DNA from: an uncultured Candidatus Saccharibacteria bacterium
GTDB lineage: Bacteria; Patescibacteriota; Minisyncoccia; Portnoybacterales; UBA2143
Reading direction: 5' to 3'
DNA: 64,000 nt
Assembly (NCBI GenBank): GCA_964413015.1
Contig: CAYPQZ010000006.1
Location: 7,070 to 71,069 of the forward strand
Positions 56,435 through 64,000 of the stretch are shown piece after piece (within the stretch, counting starts at the first letter, position 1; each line of letters begins with the position of its first letter). A program made the translations under genes and the position numbers. The notes under the pieces were generated by a model. The model searched no databases. It was not told where the DNA came from and saw only the letters and a list, made by a program, of their open reading frames with translations.

Positions 56435-58336
56435 ATGAGTAAAACAATTGGTATAGATTTAGGAACGTCTAATTCAGCCGCGGCAGTGGTTGAGGCGGGC
56501 AAACCGATTATAATCCCTTCAGCTGAGGGAACTGTGGTTGGCGGAGGCAAGGCCTTCCCTTCTTATGTTGCCTTTGACAAAGAAGGCAATCTTTTGGTTG
56601 GCGAGCCGGCCCGGCGTCAGGCAGTCACTAATTCGGAGAATACGGCCTCTGCTTTTAAGCGGAAAATGGGCACTAAAGAAAAGTATTCTTTAGGTGGAAA
56701 GGAATATACGCCTCAACAACTTTCCTCTTTTATCCTGCAAAAAATTAAAAAAGACGCTGAGGCATTTTTAGGCGAACCTGTTCAAAAAGCAGTTATTACA
56801 GTGCCGGCCTATTTTAATGATTCCCAAAGGCAGGCCACCAAAGACGCCGGAGCGATTGCCGGTCTGGAAGTTGAAAGGATTATCAATGAGCCGACAGCTG
56901 CTTCTTTGGCTTATGGTATTGATAAAGCTGATAAGGAAGAAAAGATTTTGGTTTTTGACTTTGGCGGCGGCACCCTAGACGTAACCATTATGGAAATGTT
57001 CTCGGTGGAGAGCGATAACGGAGATAAAGATAGCGGCTTTGAAGTCAAATCAACTTCCGGCGACACTGAATTAGGCGGGACCGATATGGATGAAATTCTG
57101 ACTAACTATATTGCTGAAGAATTTAAAAAGGAGAACGGCGTTGATTTAAAACAGGACAGCATCGCTTTGCAAAGAGTCAAAGAAGCGGCTGAAAGGGCAA
57201 AAATTGAACTGTCTTCGTCTTTGGAAACCGATCTTAACCTGCCTTTTTTGAGCGCTGACTCAGCCGGTCCCAAACATTTATCTATGAAAATTACCCGGGC
57301 CAAGCTGGAAGAAATGATTGAGCCGATTATTGATAAATGCCGTCAGCCAATGGAACAAGCAATAAATGATGCTAAGCTAGCAGTTAATGACATTACTAAA
57401 ATCATTCTGGTCGGCGGACCGACCAGGATGCCGGTTGTTCAAAAGTTTGTCGAAGATTATGTCGGCAAGAAAATTGAACGGGGGGTTGACCCGATGGAGT
57501 GCGTGTCCTTGGGAGCAGCCATTCAGGGAGCCGCTTTGAGCGGCGAAATCAAGGATATCCAGCTTTTAGATGTTACTCCGCTGACTTTAGGGATTGAGAC
57601 CTTGGGTAATGTGATGACGCCTTTAATTGAAAGAAACACCACGGTGCCGACTTCCAAGACGCAGATTTTTTCCACCGCTTCCGACAACCAACCGGCAGTG
57701 GATATCCATATTTTGCAAGGAGAGCGGCCAATAGCGGCTGATAACCGGACTTTAGGCCGGTTTATGCTGGACGGCATTCCGCCGGCTCCTCGAGGAGTGC
57801 CTCAAATTGAAGTCACTTTTGACATTGACGCTAACGGGATTTTAAATGTTGCAGCTAAGGATAAGGCGACTAACAAAGAACAGCATATTACGATTACTGA
57901 TTCCTCGGCTCTTTCTAAAGAAGAAATTGAAAAAATGAAGCAGGAGGCAGAAGCGCATGCTGTTGAAGACCGGCAGAAAAAAGAATTGATTGAAGTTCGC
58001 AATCAGGCCGATACTTTAATTTTCTCCACTGAAAAAGCCCTTAAAGAAGCCGGCGACAAGGTTAAGCCGGAAGACAAAAAGCAGGTGGAGGAAAAATTAG
58101 AGGCCTTGAAGAAAATAAAAGACTCTAATGAGATAGAGCCGCTGAAAAAGACGATTGACGAACTTTCGCAGGAAATCCAAAAAATTGGCGCTCAGTTGTA
58201 TCAAAAAGTTCAGGAAGAAAAGGCCGAGCAGTCTGAACCGGAAATAAAGGGCAAGAAGCCGAGTTCAACCGAGGCGCCAAAAGACGCGACTGAAGGAGAG
58301 TATGAAGAAGTGAAGGAAAATAAAGAAGGGAAGTAA
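56435..58336 (+). CDS. dnaK: Chaperone DnaK
   Basis: [36 protein letters not shown]. Confidence 0.98.
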   Translation: MSKTIGIDLGTSNSAAAVVEAGKPIIIPSAEGTVVGGGKAFPSYVAFDKEGNLLVGEPARRQAVTNSENTASAFKRKMGTKEKYSLGGKEYTPQQLSSFILQKIKKDAEAFLGEPVQKAVITVPAYFNDSQRQATKDAGAIAGLEVERIINEPTAASLAYGIDKADKEEKILVFDFGGGTLDVTIMEMFSVESDNGDKDSGFEVKSTSGDTELGGTDMDEILTNYIAEEFKKENGVDLKQDSIALQRVKEAAERAKIELSSSLETDLNLPFLSADSAGPKHLSMKITRAKLEEMIEPIIDKCRQPMEQAINDAKLAVNDITKIILVGGPTRMPVVQKFVEDYVGKKIERGVDPMECVSLGAAIQGAALSGEIKDIQLLDVTPLTLGIETLGNVMTPLIERNTTVPTSKTQIFSTASDNQPAVDIHILQGERPIAADNRTLGRFMLDGIPPAPRGVPQIEVTFDIDANGILNVAAKDKATNKEQHITITDSSALSKEEIEKMKQEAEAHAVEDRQKKELIEVRNQADTLIFSTEKALKEAGDKVKPEDKKQVEEKLEALKKIKDSNEIEPLKKTIDELSQEIQKIGAQLYQKVQEEKAEQSEPEIKGKKPSSTEAPKDATEGEYEEVKENKEGK

Positions 58337-58347
58337 TATTTTTATCT

Positions 58348-58380
58348 AGGAACAGTCCTTAGCGCTTTGGGGCTGTTCCT
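58348..58380 (+). terminator. Hairpin after dnaK containing the B-type core GAACAGTCCTTA
   Basis: AGGAACAGTCC...GGGCTGTTCCT. Confidence 0.55.
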
Positions 58381-58497
58381 ACTAAACTGTCCCTGCTAAA
58401 AAAATTGCTGGATTTAGGATAAGGCGTCAATACTCTTGACAAAATATATATAATAGTGTTAATCTATAGAAGCCTGAGATATCAGGCTTTTATATTT

Positions 58498-59196
58498 ATG
58501 AACTATCGAGAAACAATTAAAATCATTTATCGTAAAAAGTGGCTCGTATTTTGGCTGACTGTCTTAGGAGCTGTTTTGGCATTTGATTTAGCGGTAATCC
58601 AGACGCCTGAATACAAATCAGTCTCAAAGGTCTTGATTATTCAGAAACAGACCTCTGGACAGGATATTTACAGCGTTTCCAAGTCAGCCCAGTATCTTTC
58701 CCAGATTATGAAGGAGATAATTTATTCGGACAGCTTTTTTGAAAAGACGATTGAGTCGTCTAATAAGGTGGATTTCGGCGATTTTTCCGAGCAACATAAA
58801 AAAAGACAGAAGCAGTGGGAAAGAACCGTTAAGGTTAATATTGTCCGTGATTTAGGAATGATTGAAATAAATGTTTTCCATCCGGAACAAAAAAAAGCCG
58901 AGCAGATTAACTCGGCTATTGCCGATACCTTAGAGCAGGAACACCGTTTTTATCACGGTGGCGGGCAGAACGTAGAATTAAGAATTTTAGATAAGTCGTT
59001 AGTCAGCCAGAAGCCGGTTACTCTTGATTTGTGGACGATAACAGTCTTAGGCGCTTTGATTGGATTGTTTGTTGGCTCTGGAATTGCTTTGAGAAAAGGG
59101 TTAAAGCATAAAGATACGCTCTATTACAAAGACGAACAGGGCCTATTATTAGCTGATGAAGCTTCCTCTTTGGACAGAAATGATTTCTCTGTCTAA
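58498..59196 (+). CDS. Wzz/YveK-like polysaccharide chain-length protein
   Basis: TM, QTPEYKS, periplasmic loop, second TM. Confidence 0.75.
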   Translation: MNYRETIKIIYRKKWLVFWLTVLGAVLAFDLAVIQTPEYKSVSKVLIIQKQTSGQDIYSVSKSAQYLSQIMKEIIYSDSFFEKTIESSNKVDFGDFSEQHKKRQKQWERTVKVNIVRDLGMIEINVFHPEQKKAEQINSAIADTLEQEHRFYHGGGQNVELRILDKSLVSQKPVTLDLWTITVLGALIGLFVGSGIALRKGLKHKDTLYYKDEQGLLLADEASSLDRNDFSV

Positions 59197-59252
59197 AAGG
59201 GAGGTTTTAAGTTTCTTTGAAAATTAAATATATAAGATAGGAGGTGGTTAGA

Positions 59253-60275
59253 ATGAAAGCATGGAGATTTCTGTTTGTCTTATTGTTTTTTGTCTTTTTG
59301 TTCGGATGCGCTGGTAGTCCTGATAAATTCCTTTCCAAGCATGCAATGACTAATCCAGTTGAAGCAATTTCTGTTTTGCATCCGGTAGAAATAGAAAAAG
59401 CCGGAGTTGAATCGATAACGGTTTTCTATGGCATTATGGATCCGGGACTTTGGATAGAAGTAGTCAAAGTTGGAGGCGTTTGGCCATTATTGGCTTTGAC
59501 GACAAAAGGCAAAATTATTGACGGTTATGGATATCTGGCAGGGATTAATTATTGGGGCGACTTTATGCTTCAATTTGTTTCCTGTAATAGCCAAGATTTT
59601 AAAGGAGCAAAGATTCTTTATTTTAACCGAGATGCCGGGTTTGCTTATCAAATGAATGGCAAGCAAATTCCCTATAATCCAAAGAAATTTGACGAAGACG
59701 AAACTTTCCGTCAGGAAATTTTTAACAAATTTGGCTTTACTCCGTCGGAATCAAATTTATCCTGGGTTGAATATTTTCGGAATAAAGGATTGGATCCTCC
59801 TGAAAATCTGTCGAGCTTTGCTGAAATTGGAGTTGGTTCTGAGGAATGGCAGTTGTTTAAGGATAGATTGGCTAAGGTCATGAAGCATAATTATAAGATG
59901 GCTAATGGCCAGATTCGAGCCGGATTTCTTCCTTTAGAGCATTTCAGAGTGGAAGCAACTGAGCTTCCTGGATTTAGCGGAGGGCAGAGATTCCTTAAGA
60001 GAGCCAAAGTGCCGTTGATTTTTCTGCCTTTCGCAGGAGTCAGCACCTTAGTTTTGGCTGGATCTAATATTGCCGGTGATGCAGTATTTGCTGGGGTTGA
60101 TGACGATTGGTCTGGCTGTTATGCCAGGGCTAAAACGCTTCGGTACAAAATGGCTCCTTTGTTCAGGCAAATTTGCCAGATGTATAAAGAATTATTGGCT
60201 GAGAGAGATAAAAAGATAAAAGCTCTAGAGATGAAATTAATGTTTAGAGGGATTGAGAAGATTAGAAGGAGGTAA
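59253..60275 (+). CDS. Hypothetical lipoprotein
   Basis: Lipobox LFGC after a hydrophobic signal; SD GGAGGT. Confidence 0.7.
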   Translation: MKAWRFLFVLLFFVFLFGCAGSPDKFLSKHAMTNPVEAISVLHPVEIEKAGVESITVFYGIMDPGLWIEVVKVGGVWPLLALTTKGKIIDGYGYLAGINYWGDFMLQFVSCNSQDFKGAKILYFNRDAGFAYQMNGKQIPYNPKKFDEDETFRQEIFNKFGFTPSESNLSWVEYFRNKGLDPPENLSSFAEIGVGSEEWQLFKDRLAKVMKHNYKMANGQIRAGFLPLEHFRVEATELPGFSGGQRFLKRAKVPLIFLPFAGVSTLVLAGSNIAGDAVFAGVDDDWSGCYARAKTLRYKMAPLFRQICQMYKELLAERDKKIKALEMKLMFRGIEKIRRR

Positions 60276-60278
60276 GAA

Positions 60279-61460
60279 ATGAAAAAAATATTAGTGATGG
60301 CACCAATTCTGCTAATTGCATGCTTGATAGCAGCAAAAGGCAATTCAATCAGCATTGACAATAAAACAGGATTGGTGAGGCAGAAAATTAATCTGGATGT
60401 TGTTTACCCGGAAAAACGTAAAATAACTAAAAAGATAAAAATAGCTAAAACGGCCGTAAGATTGAAGCAAAAATCAGTTGTGAGCGTGAAAGAAAAACAG
60501 GCAGTAGTTGTATTGGAGAGTAAACCAGAGAAAATTCCAGTTAAGGCAACGGCGGCGAAGAAGCCAAAACGCTCAATTACTGTTTCCTTGTTAACAATCC
60601 CTGACCCGGAAAAGCAAGTCGTTAAAAAAGAGAAGAATGAAAAATCAGCTCTTTTAAACCGATTTGACTTTTATCTTGGGGGCGGGGCCTACAAAAATGT
60701 TCATGGCAACAGTGAAGGAAACTATTTCTGGGGCAAAGCCCGATACCGTCCTTGGGAGTTTGGCTTAAACGATAATTCGTACGTTCGCCTAGGGGCTTTT
60801 GCTTTTGGAGCTTTGGGTGAAGGCAATGACATAAATTATGATTACGGATGGCGGAAATGGGCAATTGGCCCAAGCGCTAAAATCATTGGCACCCACTGGG
60901 ATGCTGACGTAGACCTTGGTATCGGCAAGCTTTATAACGAAGGAGAAGAAGGATTATATGAAAGCAAGCAGGTTGATGATATTTTGCTCTTTTCTGCTCA
61001 TGGGAATTTCTATTCCCGGCGAGACGCCGGCAAAAAGTGGTTTCCAAAATCGGAGTTGAATTTTGAACTAACATCTGTATATGACGATAAGCATAAACAT
61101 AGCTGGAATAGTCAAGAGTTAGTTCCGGATCCTTATGATAATAGCAGTTGGGATTTGTTTCTGTATCAATCGATATATGATTTCGAAATACAGAAGCATT
61201 TGCGGTTAACTCCCGGTTTTAATTTTGGCATAGGCCATAATTACGGGTCTGACCAAAATTTTTACCAGTTCGGTCCGTTTGCTAAGTTGTCATGGTATAA
61301 TGAAGATGTAATTTCTCTGTCCGTTCTGAATTATAAAGAAGTTATGGACGGAGAAGATCAGTGGAATTGGATTGCCGGATATGTTGATGTTGGAGGAGTT
61401 TATAAAGCTTTGAAGGCATCTCAGATTAAAAAAGCCACTGAAAAGGACCTTAAATTTTAA
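60279..61460 (+). CDS. Secreted protein: Lys-rich linker plus predicted beta-barrel domain
   Basis: Signal peptide; FDFYLGGGAY, YVRLGAFAFG, DADVDLGIGKLY, LTPGFNFGIG; terminal Phe. Confidence 0.55.
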   Translation: MKKILVMAPILLIACLIAAKGNSISIDNKTGLVRQKINLDVVYPEKRKITKKIKIAKTAVRLKQKSVVSVKEKQAVVVLESKPEKIPVKATAAKKPKRSITVSLLTIPDPEKQVVKKEKNEKSALLNRFDFYLGGGAYKNVHGNSEGNYFWGKARYRPWEFGLNDNSYVRLGAFAFGALGEGNDINYDYGWRKWAIGPSAKIIGTHWDADVDLGIGKLYNEGEEGLYESKQVDDILLFSAHGNFYSRRDAGKKWFPKSELNFELTSVYDDKHKHSWNSQELVPDPYDNSSWDLFLYQSIYDFEIQKHLRLTPGFNFGIGHNYGSDQNFYQFGPFAKLSWYNEDVISLSVLNYKEVMDGEDQWNWIAGYVDVGGVYKALKASQIKKATEKDLKF

Positions 61461-61478
61461 CTTGAATGGAGGTAAGAA

Positions 61479-62039
61479 ATGGAAAAGATAGTAAAATCAG
61501 CATTAGCAGTATTGGCAATAGCATTCTTTTTGTCTGGATGCTCCTCGCTCGGGACAAAAGGGAAGATTAAAGAGCATAAGCTTATTGAAGCAGAAGAAGT
61601 TGCTGAAGGTAAGGGGATAATAGGGTACATTCTTGGAGATGCGCCTATAGGAGAAGATACCATCTTTATTGAAACAGAAGTTGAAGTAGAAGTTCCTCTC
61701 TTACAGAAAATCGCCGATTCCAATTGGCAATTGTTTGCCAGTTGGGCCTATCGTGATGGGGAAAACCGATGGGTGCTTGTTTCATCGGATGATTACTCTA
61801 TAAAGACCGAAACCAAAGAAGCATCTTTGATCGGCCTCATTACTATCCCGAGCGGAATAAAAGAATATTGGCCCAGAATTTGGGGACAAGAATTAAATTC
61901 TGGTGAATGGCTGTATATTGACGAAGGCAATATGTATGCCAGGGATAGCATCTCGGGTCGTCCAGCTTATGAGTTTTTGGGAGATACCGAGACTAAAGAA
62001 AAAAAAGCGGTCCCTGATAATTATCAGAAAAGACCGTAA
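61479..62039 (+). CDS. Hypothetical lipoprotein
   Basis: Lipobox LSGC; SD GGAGGT. Confidence 0.7.
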   Translation: MEKIVKSALAVLAIAFFLSGCSSLGTKGKIKEHKLIEAEEVAEGKGIIGYILGDAPIGEDTIFIETEVEVEVPLLQKIADSNWQLFASWAYRDGENRWVLVSSDDYSIKTETKEASLIGLITIPSGIKEYWPRIWGQELNSGEWLYIDEGNMYARDSISGRPAYEFLGDTETKEKKAVPDNYQKRP

Positions 62040-62056
62040 AAGAAGGAGGAGAATAT

Positions 62057-62090
62057 AAACCCCGAGCGTTAAAAACGCCCGGGGTTTTTT
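62057..62090. terminator. Terminator between convergent genes
   Basis: AAACCCCGAGCG...CGCCCGGGGTTTTTT. Confidence 0.75.
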
Positions 62091-63318
62091 AATTTCGGTT
62101 AATTTTCAGCCAGGCGGCCAAGAGAATCCATAAGTTCCATTGGAGGGCGGTGGTCCTTAAAATATTGTCAAAAAAGCTGGCTACAAACAAACTTAGACAA
62201 ATCACTAGAATCCCTAGCCCCAGGGTTTTATCCTGATTAATCTTTTCCCTGAAAATTTTAAAGAGTTTGTATAAAAGTGCAATTATCAGCCAGAAGTAAG
62301 CGGTTATTCCTAAGACACCGTTTTCCACAAAGATTTTTAGATAGTCATTATGGGCTTCCAGACTGCCCCATTTAAAGCCGCGATAAAATTCAACCAGCTT
62401 GGGGAAAGAACCCAGCCCGTAGCCGAACCAGGGCTGCCATAAAGAAGCAGGGATAACATCTTGCCAGAGCCGGAACCGCCAGACTACTGAACCGTAGGGG
62501 TCTAAAGTGAGCATTTCCCAAAACCGTTGCTGGAAAACATCGGAAAAGAAATAGGCAGCCAGGAATAAAAACAAGCCGGCTAAGAGAAGTTTTCTGTATT
62601 TCAAGATTCCTATGAAAAGGATAAAAATTAAAAGGCAGGCCAGAGCGCTTCGGCTGTAAGTGGCAAAAAGCAAGGTTAGCGAGAAAACAATCATTAGCCA
62701 GATATGCCATTCGGAATTTTTCCATAAAGGTTCTTCAGCTTCTTTTTTATTCAAAGAGGCGATTAATAATGAAAGAGAAAGACCTAAAACAAAGAAACTG
62801 TAAAAGGCAAAAAGATTAGGATGAGCGAAAGTGCCGTAAATCCGGTTAAAGCTGCCAAAATCATCCGGCAGGCCGAATCTGCCGATTAACTGGATTAAGG
62901 CAAAGAAACCGGGCAAAAGGTAGCTAATTAGAATAATTTTCAGTAAAAGCAACCAGTCCTTTCTATTCTCAACAAACCGGTAAGCCAAAAAGTAGAGAAG
63001 GAAAATGCCGGCCAGCCGGATAAATTCCTTAAGACTGATTAAAGCGTCCAGCGAATAGAAAATACTGATCAAGCCCAATCCTAACAAGAAGAAGACAGGG
63101 TAAAAAAGAGGCGTTGAAATGGATAATTTTATCCTTTTTAAAAAAGGAATCAAACAAATTAAAAAAACCAGCCCGCCAAGGATAATGTTGAAATTCAGAT
63201 AGGGCAGAGCCGGATGAATTAAAAATTCTTTTTTACTGAAGATATCTAAAGATGGTCTTAAAAGCACCAAAGCCAGAATGAAATAAAAGAAATTCTTTTT
63301 GGTCTCAACTATTGACAT
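62089..63318 (-). CDS. O-antigen ligase/polymerase (Wzy_C) family protein
   Basis: RIYGTFAHPN, TYSRSA, GYGLGSF, AHNDYL; multi-TM. Confidence 0.88.
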   Translation of the reverse strand: MSIVETKKNFFYFILALVLLRPSLDIFSKKEFLIHPALPYLNFNIILGGLVFLICLIPFLKRIKLSISTPLFYPVFFLLGLGLISIFYSLDALISLKEFIRLAGIFLLYFLAYRFVENRKDWLLLLKIILISYLLPGFFALIQLIGRFGLPDDFGSFNRIYGTFAHPNLFAFYSFFVLGLSLSLLIASLNKKEAEEPLWKNSEWHIWLMIVFSLTLLFATYSRSALACLLIFILFIGILKYRKLLLAGLFLFLAAYFFSDVFQQRFWEMLTLDPYGSVVWRFRLWQDVIPASLWQPWFGYGLGSFPKLVEFYRGFKWGSLEAHNDYLKIFVENGVLGITAYFWLIIALLYKLFKIFREKINQDKTLGLGILVICLSLFVASFFDNILRTTALQWNLWILLAAWLKINRN

Positions 63319-63352
63319 TTTTTTTGTTTTCTAGTAAAATAATAATAATCAA

Positions 63353-64000
63353 ATGGTCAAATTATCCAAGGAAAATCAAATAAAGGATGTCGTTTTAGCA
63401 GTTACTTATCAATGCAATGCCCATTGCCAGTTTTGTCATATCTGGCAAAACCAGGAACGTTTTTCATTGCTGCCCAACGATTACAGAATTTTACCACGAA
63501 ATCTGAAAAACATCAACATAAGCGGCGGTGAGCCATTTTTAAGGAATGACCTGACGGAAATTGTCAGAGCAGTCGTCCGAAGATGCCCCAAAGCCAAAAT
63601 CATTATTTCCACTAATGGTTTTTTGCCCAGCGCCATCAAGAGGCAGATGCAGGATATCGTCAAATTCAAAATGGATATCGGAATAGCTGTATCTTTAGAC
63701 GGATTTGGCAAAGTGCACGAGGACTTAAGAGGCTATCCGGGCGGATTCAGTTTGGTTTTAGAAACCATCCGTCTTTTAAAAAACTTAAATATTAAGGATC
63801 TAAAGCTGGCTTTTACTTTAAATGATAAAAACCTGAATCAGCTGAAAAGAGTTTATAAATTGAGCAAAGAGTTGGGAGTGGAATTCAGTTTAGCTGCCTG
63901 TCATGATTCCAGTCATTATTTTAAAAAGGAAAATAATCAAATTGAAAATACCAGCCAGGCGGGCAATCAGCTTGATTGGCTAATTAAGAAAGAATTAAGC
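63353..64000 (+). CDS. Radical SAM protein (runs off window end)
   Basis: Hand translation VTYQCNAHCQFCHIW, ISGGEPFLR, STNG, VSLDG. Confidence 0.9.
   Translation, partial: MVKLSKENQIKDVVLAVTYQCNAHCQFCHIWQNQERFSLLPNDYRILPRNLKNINISGGEPFLRNDLTEIVRAVVRRCPKAKIIISTNGFLPSAIKRQMQDIVKFKMDIGIAVSLDGFGKVHEDLRGYPGGFSLVLETIRLLKNLNIKDLKLAFTLNDKNLNQLKRVYKLSKELGVEFSLAACHDSSHYFKKENNQIENTSQAGNQLDWLIKKELS

Noticed and set aside
58255-58290. Possible repeat-derived insertion in the DnaK tail ([11 protein letters not shown])
   Set aside because: Disordered variable tail with no convincing match to the repeats in this window
5052-63711. Numerous antisense ORFs overlapping well-supported genes
   Set aside because: No motifs; typical reverse-strand shadows

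Overview
Chromosomal window from a bacterium that is most likely Patescibacteria/CPR (Parcubacteria-like, genetic code 11). The assignment is inferred from the N-terminally truncated RF1, short EF-Ts, leaderless housekeeping genes and minimal mraZ-rsmH-ftsL-ftsI-murF cluster. The window holds translation genes (rpsB, tsf, rpmE, prfA, trpS, rpmG, rplJ, rplL, rplU, six tRNAs), cell-division and wall genes, grpE-hsp20-dnaK, dnaB and recR, a MacAB-type exporter, a membrane pyrophosphatase, a DUF5320/NifX/Fe-S ATPase/DUF134 cluster and a TasA/SipW-like operon. It also carries Shine-Dalgarno-led accessory genes that look like lipoproteins and outer-membrane beta-barrels. The most striking feature is a set of small palindromic dispersed elements: (i) a RAYT/Y1-type HUH transposase with three cognate REP hairpins and a distant solo copy; (ii) a second REP/REPIN family; (iii) a composite A+B hairpin element at about 10 intergenic sites whose inner stem exists in two sequence-different, shape-equivalent versions; (iv) a ~135 bp inverted-repeat element found twice exactly at the ATG of apparently leaderless genes, with the ATG duplicated; (v) related palindromes in frame inside conserved proteins (RsmH, possibly MnmA). 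No CRISPR array or rRNA was seen. All calls come from reading the sequence by eye, with no database searches.
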